Shown: positions 9,721 to 22,235 of the stretch, in pieces | How the letters are laid out: each line of letters starts with the position of its first letter | How positions within the stretch are numbered: the stretch's first letter is position 1 | Source of the DNA: an uncultured delta proteobacterium | Lineage (GTDB): Bacteria; Desulfobacterota; Binatia; JACPRU01 | NCBI GenBank assembly: GCA_963745025.1 | Contig: CAVUWD010000010.1 | Span: 32,001 to 96,000, forward strand | Length of the DNA stretch: 64,000 nt | Direction: 5' to 3' | Notes under the pieces: generated by a model | Seen by the model: the letters and a program-made list of their open reading frames with translations, nothing else | The model's database searches: none | What the model was told of the DNA's origin: nothing | Made by a program: the position numbers and the translations under genes

Positions 9721-11232
9721 ATGGCGATTCGAGCATCCGAGATCAGCGAAATCTTGAAGCAGCAGATCAAGGACTTCGACAGTCGAGTCGAAGTCCGGGA
9801 GACCGGGACCGTGCTCTCGACGGGCGACGGAATCGCACGCATCCACGGGCTCGACGGCGCCGCGGCGGGGGAGCTCCTGCAGTTTCCGCACGATCTCTAC
9901 GGCCTGGTGCTGAACCTCGAGGAGGACAACGTCGGAGCGGCGATCTTCGGTGAGGCCCAACTCGTTGCCGAAGGCGACGAAGTACGCCGCACCGGCAGAA
10001 TCGCCGAAGTGCCGGTCGGCGCCGAGATGCGCGGGCGCGTCGTGAACGCGCTCGGGCAGCCGATCGACGGCAAGGGCCCGGTCGCGTCGAAGGAGGCGCG
10101 CCGCATCGAGCTGAAAGCGCCGGGAATCGTCGCTCGGCTGCCGGTCAAACAGGCGCTGCAAACCGGCCTCAAGGCGATCGATGCCATGATCCCGATCGGT
10201 CGCGGCCAGCGCGAGCTCATCATCGGCGACCGGCAGACCGGAAAAACGGCGGTCGGCATCGATACGATCATCAATCAGAAGGGGGGCGACGTCACCTGCA
10301 TCTACGTCGCGATCGGCCAGAAACGCTCGACGGTGGCGCAGGTGGTCGACAGACTCACCCGGCAAGGCGCCATGGACTACACGATCGTGGTTGCGGCGAC
10401 GGCCTCCGAATCGGCGCCGCTGCAGTACATCGCGCCCTACACCGGATGCACCATCGGCGAGTATTTCCGCGACAATGGGCAGCACGCGCTCGTCATCTAT
10501 GATGATCTCTCGAAGCATGCGGTCGCCTACCGTCAGCTCTCGCTGCTCCTGCGCCGGCCGCCGGGACGCGAGGCATTCCCCGGCGACGTCTTCTATCTTC
10601 ACTCGCGCCTCCTCGAGCGCGCGGCGAAGATGAGCGACGCGCGCGGCGGCGGCTCGCTCACCGCGCTACCCATCATCGAGACGCAAGCCGGCGACGTATC
10701 CGCGTACATTCCGACCAACGTGATCTCGATCACCGATGGACAGATCTACCTCGAGACCGACCTCTTCTACTCCGGGGTGCGTCCCGCGGTGAACGTCGGC
10801 CTGTCGGTTTCGCGGGTTGGCGGGTCGGCGCAGGTCAAGGCGATGCGCCAGGTCGCCGGCTCGATGCGGCTGGACCTCGCGCAATTTCGCGAGATGGCCG
10901 CCTTCGCCCAGTTCGGCTCCGACCTCGATGCGACGACGCAAAAGATGCTGGCGCGCGGCTCGCGGCTCGTCGAGGTGCTGAAGCAGGGGCAGTACCGGCC
11001 GGTGCCGGTGGAGCGGCAGGTCGTCATCCTCTATGCGGCGACCAACGGCTACGTCGATCCGCTGCCGGTCGAGGCGGTCACCCGCTACGAGCGCGAGCTC
11101 GAGAGCTTCATGGAGAGCCAGCATCCGGAGATTTACCAAACGATCCTCGAGAAGCGCGAGCTCACCGACGAGCTGAAGCAGCAGCTGAACGCTGCGCTCG
11201 ACGAGTTCAAAGGCCGGTTCTCGGTCGAGTGA
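9721..11232 (+). CDS. atpA: F0F1 ATP synthase subunit alpha
   Basis: [39 protein letters not shown]. Confidence 0.99.
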   Translation: MAIRASEISEILKQQIKDFDSRVEVRETGTVLSTGDGIARIHGLDGAAAGELLQFPHDLYGLVLNLEEDNVGAAIFGEAQLVAEGDEVRRTGRIAEVPVGAEMRGRVVNALGQPIDGKGPVASKEARRIELKAPGIVARLPVKQALQTGLKAIDAMIPIGRGQRELIIGDRQTGKTAVGIDTIINQKGGDVTCIYVAIGQKRSTVAQVVDRLTRQGAMDYTIVVAATASESAPLQYIAPYTGCTIGEYFRDNGQHALVIYDDLSKHAVAYRQLSLLLRRPPGREAFPGDVFYLHSRLLERAAKMSDARGGGSLTALPIIETQAGDVSAYIPTNVISITDGQIYLETDLFYSGVRPAVNVGLSVSRVGGSAQVKAMRQVAGSMRLDLAQFREMAAFAQFGSDLDATTQKMLARGSRLVEVLKQGQYRPVPVERQVVILYAATNGYVDPLPVEAVTRYERELESFMESQHPEIYQTILEKRELTDELKQQLNAALDEFKGRFSVE

Positions 11233-11253
11233 GCCAACTGCCCCCTGCCGCCC

Positions 11254-12117
11254 ATGCCGAGCCTCAAGGTCATACGCAAGCGCATTGCCTCGGTGCGCAA
11301 CACCCAGCAGATCACCAAGGCGATGAAGATGGTGTCCGCGGCAAAGCTCCGCCGTGCGCAGGAAGCCGCGGTCTCCACGCGTCCCTACGCCCAGAAGCTG
11401 ACCGAGTTGCTGCGAGGCGTGACCGGTGAGGTCACGGACGAGGCGCATCCACTGCTGCGCGCGGTCGAGTCGGAGGCGCGGGTCCATCTCGTGCTCATCA
11501 CCTCCGACCGGGGCCTCTGCGGCGCTTACAACGCGGCGTTGCTCCGCCAGGCGGAGGCTTACATCCGCCGCCAGGCGGGACGCGAAGTTTCACTGACGAT
11601 CATCGGCCGCAAGGGGGTGGAGTACTTCCGTCGCCGCTCCGTGCCGATTGCCGATCGCCACGTTCAGATCCCCGGGCCGTCGATCGGTCTCGCTCGCGAG
11701 ATCGCGGCGAAGGTCTCGGCCGAGTTTGCCGAGGGCCGTGCAGATCGGGTGGATCTACTCTATAGCGCCTTCCGCTCGGCGCTATCGCAGGTACCGACCC
11801 TCGAGACGCTGCTGCCGATTGCGATCGAGGCGAGGGCCCAGGACGCGCCGCCTGCGCTCGAGCACCTCATAGAGCCCGACCGCGCGTCGCTTCTCCATCG
11901 ACTGCTGCCGCAGTTCTTGGAGGTGCGAATCTACCGCGCCCTGCTCGAGGCGGCGGCGAGCGAGCTTGCCGCACGCGTGACCGCCATGGACAGCGCGACG
12001 AACAACGCCGAGAAGATGATCTTCAGCTTGACGCTCGTCATGAACCGGGCGCGGCAGGCGGCGATCACCAAGGAGCTCATGGAGATCGTGTCGGGCGCGG
12101 AGGCCCTGAAAGGATGA
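11254..12117 (+). CDS. atpG: F0F1 ATP synthase subunit gamma
   Basis: QQITKAMKMVSAAKL, TSDRGLCG, RARQAAITKELMEIVSGAEAL. Confidence 0.99.
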   Translation: MPSLKVIRKRIASVRNTQQITKAMKMVSAAKLRRAQEAAVSTRPYAQKLTELLRGVTGEVTDEAHPLLRAVESEARVHLVLITSDRGLCGAYNAALLRQAEAYIRRQAGREVSLTIIGRKGVEYFRRRSVPIADRHVQIPGPSIGLAREIAAKVSAEFAEGRADRVDLLYSAFRSALSQVPTLETLLPIAIEARAQDAPPALEHLIEPDRASLLHRLLPQFLEVRIYRALLEAAASELAARVTAMDSATNNAEKMIFSLTLVMNRARQAAITKELMEIVSGAEALKG

Positions 12118-12224
12118 GGACCTCGTGAGCGCCCGCCGCGTCGATTTCGTGCGTAAGGACGGTGGCGACGATGACGTCGCGCACGTGCATCGGAAGGGCG
12201 TAAATCTCGAAGGGGCGGCGCTGA

Positions 12225-13667
<1,443 letters not shown>

Positions 13668-13692
13668 GCGGTTTTTCGGGCGGAGAAGTGTC

Positions 13693-14100
13693 ATGGCCGA
13701 TACCCTCGAACTTCACCTGCTGACACCGCAGCGTGAGATCTGCGACGAGACGGTCTCGCAGGTCACTGCGCAGGGCGCGCTCGGGCAGTTCGGCGTGCTC
13801 CCCGACCACATCACGTTCCTGACCGCGCTGGAGCCTGGCCCGCTGACGTTCCAGAGAACCGCCGGCGGCGCAGAGACCCTGGCCGTCAAGGGCGGTTACG
13901 CCGAGGTTCGTGACAATGTCATGACCGTGCTTGCCGACGAAGCTCTTCCGCTCGAGCGGATCGACGCGGCTTCGGCGCAGGCCGATCTCGAGCGCGCGGA
14001 AGCCGAGCTCGAGGCGGCGCCGTTCGGTCATCCCGATCACGAGCGGCTGCGTCGGGAAGCTCGCTGGGCCGCCGTGCGGCTGGAGCTGGCGCGCCGTTAA
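13693..14100 (+). CDS. atpC: F0F1 ATP synthase subunit epsilon
   Basis: LLTP, GQFGVLPDH, AVKGGYAEV; follows atpD. Confidence 0.96.
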   Translation: MADTLELHLLTPQREICDETVSQVTAQGALGQFGVLPDHITFLTALEPGPLTFQRTAGGAETLAVKGGYAEVRDNVMTVLADEALPLERIDAASAQADLERAEAELEAAPFGHPDHERLRREARWAAVRLELARR

Positions 14101-14239
14101 GTGATCGGGCGAAAGGAGTCTTTTTTGCTGCCGCCCGGGATGTCCGTGCGAGACAGCGCGAGACAGCCGTCAGCTCCATCCGCACTACGCGAGCGGCCAC
14201 CTTGTTTGCCCGAGGCCAACCTGCTTAGCTCTGACCCCG

Positions 14240-15616
14240 ATGTTACGTCTGCGTCATTGGTTGGGTGTCTTGGCGGTGACTGAAATGCTGATGGTTCCAA
14301 ATCCAGTCGCGGGCGACGCGCAGTCGATCGTCGAGCGCGTTCGCGAGGCCACACTCGAGAACGGCCTGAAAGTGCTCGTGCTGCCGATCACCAAGGCGCC
14401 GGTCGTCACCTTGCAGATCTGGTATCGCGTCGGATCGCGCAACGAGAAGCTCGGCACCACCGGGCTTTCGCATCTTCTCGAGCACCTGATGTTCAAGGAG
14501 ACCGACAAGCTGAAACCCGAGGAATTCTCCAAGATCATCCAGGCAAACGGGGGTGAGCTCAACGCGTTCACCACGGCAGACTACACGACCTACTTCGAGA
14601 CGCTCTCGTCCGATCGCCTGGCGATCGCGTTAGATCTCGAGGCCGATCGCATGTTGAACCTGAAGCTCCGCGAGGAAACGACCGAGCCGGAGAAACGCGT
14701 CGTGATGGAAGAGCGACGACTACGCAGCGTCGACAACCCTTGGGGAGCGCTCTATGAGGAGACCAACGCCGCGGCGTTTCATGCCCATCCGTACATGTGG
14801 CCGGTGATCGGCTGGATGCACGACATCCAGGAGACGACGCTCGCCGACATTCGCGCCCATTACGAGACCTATTACCGCCCGAACAACGCGATCGCGGTTG
14901 TTGTCGGCAACGTCGACCCCGATCGTGCGATCGAGCAAGTGCGCCAGGCCTTCGGCCCCAACCGACCGGGCGCTGCTCCTCCAGTGGTGACCGAGGTCGA
15001 GCCGCCGCAGCTCGGAGAGCGGCGCGTGATCGTCAAGAAAGAAGCGAACCTGCCCGCGTTCGTGTGGGCGTACAAGGTGCCGAACGTAAAGAACCCCGAT
15101 AGCGCCGCGCTCGAGGTGTTGGCGGCGATCCTGTCCGAGGGAGAGAGCTCCAGGCTCTACCGGCGGCTGGTGATCGAGAAGCGACTGCTACTCGATGTCA
15201 ACGCCGACAATCCGTTGCTGTCTCTCGATCCGAACCTGTTCACGGTCTCGGGGCAATTGCTTCCGGACAAAAAGGTCGAGCAGGTCGAGGCGGCGGTCGA
15301 GAAGGAGATCTCGGCGATCGCGACGGAGCCCGTGTCCGTGCACGAGATCAGCAAGGCGAAGAACCAGATCGAAGCGCAGTTCGTGTTCGCCCAGGATTCG
15401 AACTTCTACCAGGCGATGTTGCTCGCACGCTTCGAGCTGATCGGCGACTGGCGCGGACTCGACGCGTACTTGCCGGCCGTTCGTAAGGTGACCGCCGAGG
15501 ACGTCCAACGCGTGGCGCGCCTGTATCTGGCGCCGGATCATCGCACCGCAGGGATTCTCGTTCCCACGGGGCCGGCGAAGCACGCCGCGGCGCCGCCCCC
15601 CGAGATGCTCCACTGA
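14240..15616 (+). CDS. M16 family zinc metallopeptidase, catalytic subunit
   Basis: Inverted zincin HLLEH, NAFTTADYT, VVMEERRLR. Confidence 0.93.
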   Translation: MLRLRHWLGVLAVTEMLMVPNPVAGDAQSIVERVREATLENGLKVLVLPITKAPVVTLQIWYRVGSRNEKLGTTGLSHLLEHLMFKETDKLKPEEFSKIIQANGGELNAFTTADYTTYFETLSSDRLAIALDLEADRMLNLKLREETTEPEKRVVMEERRLRSVDNPWGALYEETNAAAFHAHPYMWPVIGWMHDIQETTLADIRAHYETYYRPNNAIAVVVGNVDPDRAIEQVRQAFGPNRPGAAPPVVTEVEPPQLGERRVIVKKEANLPAFVWAYKVPNVKNPDSAALEVLAAILSEGESSRLYRRLVIEKRLLLDVNADNPLLSLDPNLFTVSGQLLPDKKVEQVEAAVEKEISAIATEPVSVHEISKAKNQIEAQFVFAQDSNFYQAMLLARFELIGDWRGLDAYLPAVRKVTAEDVQRVARLYLAPDHRTAGILVPTGPAKHAAAPPPEMLH

Positions 15617-15620
15617 CCCA

Positions 15621-16964
15621 ATGCGCCGGACTCTCCTGATGGGCGCCACGCTTTTCTACGGAACGCTCTCGTTGGCCGAGCCGATTCCCGCTCGCGGCGC
15701 GAGCACGCCGCCGGTTGAGCGCGCCGTGCTGCCGAACGGGCTTCGCATCTTGGTCATCCGCCAGCCGCATCTCCCCCTGGTGGTTGTGAGCGCGCTGGTC
15801 GACGCGGGCGGCCGGTTCGACCCCGTCGGTAAGGAAGGTCTCGCCAGCTTGACCGCCAATCTCCTGACCGAGGGCACGGGGAAGCGGTCGGCGGCGGGGA
15901 TCCACGATGAGATCGATTTTCTCGGTGCCAAGCTGTCGGCCTCCGCCGGAGACGACTACGGGAGCGTTTCGCTGACCGTCCTGAAGAAGGATCTCGCCGA
16001 AGCCTTCGATCTGTTCAGCGACGTGCTGCTCCATCCCAAGTTCGCGAAGCCCGAGTTTGCGCGTAAGCGCCAGGAGGCGCTCGCCGAGCTCGAGGCCGCG
16101 GAGCAAAGTCCAGGTTCTGTCGCCGAGCGCGCGTTCCGCAAGGCGCTCTTCGGGGCCGGGCCATACCGCAGCGAACCGAGCGGGTGGAAGGAATCCGTCG
16201 CCAAGCTCGCCATCGGCGACGTCAAGGCGTTCTTCCAAGCCGCATATCAGCCGCAGCGCACGATCCTCGTCGCTTCGGGCGACGTGACGCTCGCCGAGAT
16301 GCGCGATTTGACCGATCGGCTACTCGGCGGATGGAAGGGCAGCGCGGCCGAGGCGAAGCTTCCCGAGGGTAGCTCGAAGACAACGGCAGATCTGATCCGC
16401 ATCAATCGCGACCTCACGCAAGCGAACGTCGTCTTTGGCCACCTCGGCACGACGCGGGACGATCCCGACTGGTACGCGATCCAGGTCATGAATTACATCC
16501 TCGGCGGCGGCGGCTTCTCGTCGCGTATGATGAACTCCATCCGCATCGAAGCGGGCCTCGTTTACTCGGTCTTCAGCTACTTCGTGCCGGGCAAGCTGCC
16601 GGGCTCCTTCGAAGTCGTGCTGCAGACCAAGAGCGCGACGACCGCCGAAGCGCTGCGGCGCGTGCGCGAGGAGATCGAGCGCATGCGCTCGCGCCCCGTC
16701 TCGGACGAGGAGCTCGCGTCGGCGAAGAAGTACCTGACGGGGAGCTTCCCCTTGCGCTTCGATTCCGACGCCGAGATGGTCGGCTTCTACTCGCAGGTCG
16801 AATACTACGGCCTCGGCCTCGATTACCCCGATCGCTACGACGGACTCATCAACGCGATCACCAAGGACGACATCTTGCGCGTCGCCAAGAAGTATCTTCA
16901 CCCCGATGAAGCGATCGTCGTGATCGTCGGCAAGCAAGCCGACATCCAGTTGCCCGAGAAGTAA
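15621..16964 (+). CDS. M16 family peptidase, non-catalytic partner subunit
   Basis: M16 fold motifs (LPNGL, NYILGGGGFSSRMM...GLVYSV) without HxxEH; signal peptide. Confidence 0.9.
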   Translation: MRRTLLMGATLFYGTLSLAEPIPARGASTPPVERAVLPNGLRILVIRQPHLPLVVVSALVDAGGRFDPVGKEGLASLTANLLTEGTGKRSAAGIHDEIDFLGAKLSASAGDDYGSVSLTVLKKDLAEAFDLFSDVLLHPKFAKPEFARKRQEALAELEAAEQSPGSVAERAFRKALFGAGPYRSEPSGWKESVAKLAIGDVKAFFQAAYQPQRTILVASGDVTLAEMRDLTDRLLGGWKGSAAEAKLPEGSSKTTADLIRINRDLTQANVVFGHLGTTRDDPDWYAIQVMNYILGGGGFSSRMMNSIRIEAGLVYSVFSYFVPGKLPGSFEVVLQTKSATTAEALRRVREEIERMRSRPVSDEELASAKKYLTGSFPLRFDSDAEMVGFYSQVEYYGLGLDYPDRYDGLINAITKDDILRVAKKYLHPDEAIVVIVGKQADIQLPEK

Positions 16965-17068
16965 CCCCGGCTGAGCTGCGCACCCCTCTGACGGCAATCG
17001 ACGGGCAGAACGAACCCTTCGCGACGAGTCTATTTCTCACCTCTCCGGCTCTGCCTATAATCGGGCGC

Positions 17069-18073
17069 GTGATCAAGGAGGGTACGTTAACCGTGAACAG
17101 GCCGCCACGCCGGATCCACGTCGTGAGCCATGGCCCGCATTGTCTCGACGGCGTGGCCGCGGCGGTGGCGATCGCCCGGTACCATTCCGGAACCGACGTG
17201 CGATCGCATTTTTCCGGCAACCCGAAGATCAACGAGGTGATCCGAGGCCTGGAGATCGACGACCCACTCGACGATCAGGAGCTTTGGATCACCGACATCT
17301 CGTGGACTTCGCCCGAGACCGATGCGTTCCTGCGGCGACTGGCGAGCCGAGGGCTCAAGATCTTCTGGATCGACCATCACCGCACGGCGATCGAGCGTGT
17401 CAAGGACGGGACGATCGACGTTCCGTTCGCTCACCAGATCGTCGACGATCGCTTTGCCGCGTCGCGGCTCGTGTTCGACTACCTGAGCGAGCGGCTGCGC
17501 GCCGAAGGGCGAAGGAACCCCGCTTTCGAGCGCTTCGCGCACGTCGTGCGCATGGCTGACGACAACGACCGCTGGCTGCACGAGGTGCCCGGCTCCTGGG
17601 AGCTCGCGCTCACGCTTCGCTCGATGAACGGCCCCGAGGCGTTCGAGGACCTGCTGACGATCGACGAGCGCGCCACCTACACGCCGCGGATGGCGGCGGC
17701 GCACGAACGGGTCGCCGCCGAGATCAAGCGGAGCTTCGAGATCGCCGAAGGGAGCCGCACGTTCGCCGCGCTCTCGAGCGGCGTCCAGGTCGTTGCTGCG
17801 GTCTGCGACGGCTATCCGAGCGAGATCGCGGACCGCTGGGGGCGCCAAACGGCAAACGCGGTCTTCGTGCTCTTCGACTTGAAGAGCGGCGCGATCAGCT
17901 ATCGACGCTCCCCCGATTGCGCGATCGATCTTTCCGCGGTAGCCGCCGCATTCGGCGGCGGCGGCCATCCGGCGGCCGCGGGATGCGAGATCCCGGAGCT
18001 TCTCACGCTCCTCTCCCGCGCCGCCGGCGAGCGCGTCGCGGAAGTCGTCAAGCGGCTCGGCGCCAAGGGCTAG
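17069..18073 (+). CDS. DHH/DHHA1 family phosphoesterase (nanoRNase-like)
   Basis: HGPHCLDG, ITDIS, IDHH, GGGHPAAAG. Confidence 0.85.
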   Translation: MIKEGTLTVNRPPRRIHVVSHGPHCLDGVAAAVAIARYHSGTDVRSHFSGNPKINEVIRGLEIDDPLDDQELWITDISWTSPETDAFLRRLASRGLKIFWIDHHRTAIERVKDGTIDVPFAHQIVDDRFAASRLVFDYLSERLRAEGRRNPAFERFAHVVRMADDNDRWLHEVPGSWELALTLRSMNGPEAFEDLLTIDERATYTPRMAAAHERVAAEIKRSFEIAEGSRTFAALSSGVQVVAAVCDGYPSEIADRWGRQTANAVFVLFDLKSGAISYRRSPDCAIDLSAVAAAFGGGGHPAAAGCEIPELLTLLSRAAGERVAEVVKRLGAKG

Positions 18074-18082
18074 TACGGTAGA

Positions 18083-20326
18083 ATGCGCGGCCGGAGACGG
18101 GATCGCGACCAACGGGAGCGATCCGAGACGTACGCTTCCCCGTTGTCGCGCGCCGGACTCCGCCCCGAGCTCGCTCTGGCGGTCGTCTTTCTCGCGCTGT
18201 GGATCCTTCCCCCGTTTTGGGGGATCGTTACGCTCAGGGCGGTCAACGTCCAGGACGACATCTTCGCCAGCGATCTCTGGAACGATCGTCTGCCGGCGCG
18301 CGCCTTCGTTGGCGCGAGCCTCGGGCGCGGTGAGAGCCCCGCGTGGATGCCCGGCATCTATACCGGCTTTCCGAGCCTCGCTCAGGTCGAAGTCGGGACG
18401 CTCTATCCGTCGAACCTGCTGCTCTTCGGTTTGCTTCCGCCCTATGCCGCGATTGCCTGGGCGCAGATTCTGCCGCTGGCGATCGCCGGGATCGGCATGT
18501 TTCTGCTCGCGACCGAGCTCGGCTTGCCGCTCGAGGCCCGCTTGCTCACGGCCGGGGCCTTCTCGCTGTCGGGATTCTTGGTTGCGCATCTGCGCCAGCT
18601 CAACATGGTCGACGCGTCTGCGTGGATTCCGTTCGTTCTCCTCGCTGCCGAGCGAATTGCCACGCGGCGGCCGGGACGAGTGCTCGTCTGGCTCTCCGCC
18701 GTGTGGGCGCTCGAGCTTCTCGCGGGTCACCCGCAGATCGCCTACTTCACGGGCTTCGTCACCGCCGCCTACTTCGCCGTGCGCTGGTGGCAGGAGCGGC
18801 CGAGAGCTCGATGGTCGAGCTGGGCCGGCCTCGTGGTGGCGATCGGTCTCGGCACGCTCATCGCCGCCGCCCAGATCGTTCCGGCCATCGAGCTTTCCCG
18901 GCTCACCTATCGCGAGGGGGGGTTGCGGTTCGAGGAGGCGGCAAGATACGCGGTCTCTCCGCTGAACGTGTGGACCTTCTTCGTCCCGGGTCTGTTCGGC
19001 GACGCGCGGGACGACAGCTTCCGCCTATCGGGACTCTACTGGGAGCAGTACGGTTACGTAGGGTTCTTACCGGCGGTGCTCGCGGTCGTGGGGCTGGTGG
19101 TCAAACGGCGGAGCCCGCACGTCCCTCTGATCGGCGCGATCACTGCCCTCAGCTACCTGCTCGTGCTCGGCAAGAACACGCCGGTCTTTGCATGGGTGTT
19201 CGCCATCGTTCCGGGCATGGGCTATTTCCGGTTTCCCACGCGCTTCCTCGTCTTCGTCGAGATCGGCATTTGCCTGCTCGCGGGATTCGGCCTCGCCGCA
19301 TGCCTCGAGGCGTTCGCGGGGCTGCGGCGGTCGCTCGCGGCGGCGGTGGTGATCGCCGTCACCGCCGCTGATCTCTGGACGCATCAGATGCGCCAGGTTC
19401 CGCAGATCGAATGGCGGCGATGGCTCGCGCCGATCGATACCGTACGCATTCTCACCGACGCGCGGCGCGTGACCCCCGAGCCCTGGCGCTACTACGCGCT
19501 GGACGCCTCCCTCGTCCACGCGGAGATGTATCACGCGGCGCACGGATGGAGCGGCGACCTCACTCCCTACCTGCAGCTCCGGGCGCTCCTTCAGCCGAGC
19601 TTCAACCTCCTCTTCGGATTGGAAGCGCCGGATGGGTACGCAAACCTCGTCCCGCGCGACTACGAAGCGATCTGGGGGTCTGAGAAGAAGACCGGCATCC
19701 GCTCGACGCGGCATCTCGAGACCGGCGAGCTCGAGCCCGAGATCGCGAAGATGCTTCGCCTCTTCAACGTGCGCTACGTGCTGTCGATCATGCCGCTGCG
19801 CTCGGCCGCACTGCGGAGCATCGGACGGTCTGCCGAAGGAGTGGAGGTCTACGAGGTCCGCGATCCGCAACCGAGAGCCTTCGTGGTGGGAGCGGCGGTG
19901 TACGCGGCGACCGACGCAGAAGTACTGCGCCTGCTGACGGCACCGGACTTCGACACCGAGCGGCAGGCCGTCGTCGAAGTGGCCGGTCTTCGCCTGCCGG
20001 CAGACGCAGGTTCGTCGACGAACGTCCAGGTTGTCGATCGGGGGAACACGGAGCTCATTCTTCACGCCTTGCTCGCGCGGCCTGGCCTGCTGGTCGTCTC
20101 CGAGGGCTACTATCCGGGCTGGCAAGCGGAGGTCGACGGCGTCGCCACGCCGATCGTACCGACCAACGGGATGATGCGCGGCGTGGTTGTCCCCGCAGGG
20201 GAGCACCAAATCGTCTTTCGGTTCCGCTCGCGGCCGATCGCAGCGGGGTTCCTGGTGTCGGGTCTCGCCATCGTCGTGACGATCGCCGCTCGGCGCCGGC
20301 TGACGATCACACGAACATTTTCTTGA
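18083..20326 (+). CDS. YfhO-family multi-pass membrane protein (GT-C-like)
   Basis: PAWMP...GFP, LYP.NLL, AGHPQ, FRFPTRF, C-terminal LVVSEGYYPGWQAEVDG...GEHQIVFRF. Confidence 0.8.
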   Translation: MRGRRRDRDQRERSETYASPLSRAGLRPELALAVVFLALWILPPFWGIVTLRAVNVQDDIFASDLWNDRLPARAFVGASLGRGESPAWMPGIYTGFPSLAQVEVGTLYPSNLLLFGLLPPYAAIAWAQILPLAIAGIGMFLLATELGLPLEARLLTAGAFSLSGFLVAHLRQLNMVDASAWIPFVLLAAERIATRRPGRVLVWLSAVWALELLAGHPQIAYFTGFVTAAYFAVRWWQERPRARWSSWAGLVVAIGLGTLIAAAQIVPAIELSRLTYREGGLRFEEAARYAVSPLNVWTFFVPGLFGDARDDSFRLSGLYWEQYGYVGFLPAVLAVVGLVVKRRSPHVPLIGAITALSYLLVLGKNTPVFAWVFAIVPGMGYFRFPTRFLVFVEIGICLLAGFGLAACLEAFAGLRRSLAAAVVIAVTAADLWTHQMRQVPQIEWRRWLAPIDTVRILTDARRVTPEPWRYYALDASLVHAEMYHAAHGWSGDLTPYLQLRALLQPSFNLLFGLEAPDGYANLVPRDYEAIWGSEKKTGIRSTRHLETGELEPEIAKMLRLFNVRYVLSIMPLRSAALRSIGRSAEGVEVYEVRDPQPRAFVVGAAVYAATDAEVLRLLTAPDFDTERQAVVEVAGLRLPADAGSSTNVQVVDRGNTELILHALLARPGLLVVSEGYYPGWQAEVDGVATPIVPTNGMMRGVVVPAGEHQIVFRFRSRPIAAGFLVSGLAIVVTIAARRRLTITRTFS

Positions 20327-22151
20327 TCGCCTCGATCTCCCGCGCGAGAAACGGCACTGCGACGGACCATTCCGCGACGAGCCCGAAGTCGGATTGCTGG
20401 AAGATCGGCGCCTTCGGGTTCTTGTTGATGGCCACGATCGTTCCCGCCTTGCGCAGGCCGACCATGTGCTCGAACGCTCCGCGGACGCCGATTGCGACGT
20501 AGAGCCGAGGCGAGATCGCTCGTCCCGTGAGACCGACCTGGTGTTGCCTCGGCAGCCAGCCGGCGTCGGCGACGTCGCGGGTGGCGGCGATTGCGGCTCC
20601 GCCCAGGGCTGCAGCGAGCGGTTCGAGTTGCTCGAGATTCTCGACCCCTCCGAGCCCCATGCCGACGCCGATCGCCGTCTCACACTCATCCAAAGCGGCG
20701 GCTCGCTCGACGCCCGGCGCGATCCGGGACTCGGTCACCAGCGTACGGATCGCCGGGGCCTCGGTGATGCGGAGCTCCTCGACGATCGGCGTGCGCCCCG
20801 GGTCTCGGGGGATCGGCTCCAGCATGCCGGGGCGCACGGTCGCCATCTCCGGCAGCGTGCTCGACAGGATCGGTGCAACGATGTTTCCCCCGAAGGCAGG
20901 CTTCCACTGAACGAGGCGGCCCTCGTCGTCGAGCGACAAGTCGACCGCATCTCCGGTGAGGCCGAGACCGAGCCGGGCGGCGATGCGAGGGGCGAAGTCT
21001 CGCCCGAGCGCGGTCGAGGGCACGAGCACCGAGCGCGGCTGCCGTTCGCGGATCGCCCGGGCGAGCACGGCGGCGTAGGCATCGGTGGAATAGTCTGCGA
21101 GCAGCGGATCATCACAAACGATGATGCTCTCGGCTCCGTGTTCAGCGAGCTCCCGGGCGTGCGCACGGACGCCGTGGCCGAGCAGCAGCGCCGACACACG
21201 GCCGCCGCTTTTCGCGGAAAGCGCGACCGCCTTGCCGAGGAGCTCGAGGCTGACTCGCCGCAGCCGCCCGTCGAGCACCTCGGCGACTACCCAGATCGAT
21301 CTCGAGGAATCCGTGGTCCCCTTGGGCGCTCGCGCAGCACCTGCCGCATTCCCCATGGCGCGCGGCCGAAAAACTCCCCGCTCGGCCAAGGCGGCGACCA
21401 CGCTCCGCACGGCCTCGGCGACGTCGCCTTCGCATAGCCGCGCCTCGCGCTTTACCTCGACCGACTGGAGGCCTTCGACCCGCGTCGGCGAGCCGGCGAC
21501 TCCGAAAAGCTGCCGGTCCTCGGAGAGGTCCCGGGCGGCCAGCTCCGTGATCGGTTTGGTCTTCGCCGCTTCCTTCTCGGCGCGCTTCGGGAAGCGTTCG
21601 GGGGCGATGTCCTCGGTGACGCTTACCAGCGCCGGCAGTTGACATTCGACCGCCTCGAATCCCGCGTCGGTTTCACGCTCGGCCTTCACTCGCCCGCGGC
21701 TGGCGTCCAGATCGAGCCGGCGGACGGCCGTCACCTGCGGCAGGTCGAGGATCTCCGCGATCTCGGGTCCGACCTGGCCGGTTTCGGCGTCCACGCTCGA
21801 CTTGCCGCAGAGCACCAGATCGAATCCCTCGCGACGGAGGGCGAGCGCGAGCGCACGGGCGGTTGCGAGAGTGTCCGATCCGGCAAACGCGGGATCGACG
21901 AGGTGAACCCCGCGGTCGGCGCCGAGCGCCAGGCAGTGAACGAGCGCCTCGCGCGCCTGCGGCGGGCCCATCGTCAGCACCACCACTTCTCCGCGGGTCA
22001 GCGCACGAAGCTCCAGAGCGCGCAGAAGCGCACGGACGTCGAACGAGCTGACTTCGAGACGCACCCCCTCACGACGCAGGCGGCGGGTCTCCGGGTCGAA
22101 CTGCATCTGCGAAACGTCGGGAACCTGCTTGATCAAGACGGCATACTTCAT
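20307..22151 (-). CDS. Fused electron transfer flavoprotein beta/alpha
   Basis: N-terminal VLIKQVPD...TMGPP...GSDTLATA...DAETGQVG (EtfB); C-terminal QVGLTG...YVAIGVRGAFEH...AINKNPKAPIF (EtfA). Confidence 0.92.
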   Translation of the reverse strand: MKYAVLIKQVPDVSQMQFDPETRRLRREGVRLEVSSFDVRALLRALELRALTRGEVVVLTMGPPQAREALVHCLALGADRGVHLVDPAFAGSDTLATARALALALRREGFDLVLCGKSSVDAETGQVGPEIAEILDLPQVTAVRRLDLDASRGRVKAERETDAGFEAVECQLPALVSVTEDIAPERFPKRAEKEAAKTKPITELAARDLSEDRQLFGVAGSPTRVEGLQSVEVKREARLCEGDVAEAVRSVVAALAERGVFRPRAMGNAAGAARAPKGTTDSSRSIWVVAEVLDGRLRRVSLELLGKAVALSAKSGGRVSALLLGHGVRAHARELAEHGAESIIVCDDPLLADYSTDAYAAVLARAIRERQPRSVLVPSTALGRDFAPRIAARLGLGLTGDAVDLSLDDEGRLVQWKPAFGGNIVAPILSSTLPEMATVRPGMLEPIPRDPGRTPIVEELRITEAPAIRTLVTESRIAPGVERAAALDECETAIGVGMGLGGVENLEQLEPLAAALGGAAIAATRDVADAGWLPRQHQVGLTGRAISPRLYVAIGVRGAFEHMVGLRKAGTIVAINKNPKAPIFQQSDFGLVAEWSVAVPFLAREIEAIKKMFV

Positions 22152-22235
22152 GGCTTTCCGCCTCCTATGCGAAGCCGCCGGTGTGGGCAAGATTCCGCCT
22201 CGACCGGCGGCGCCATCGCTGCTAGACGACGGATC

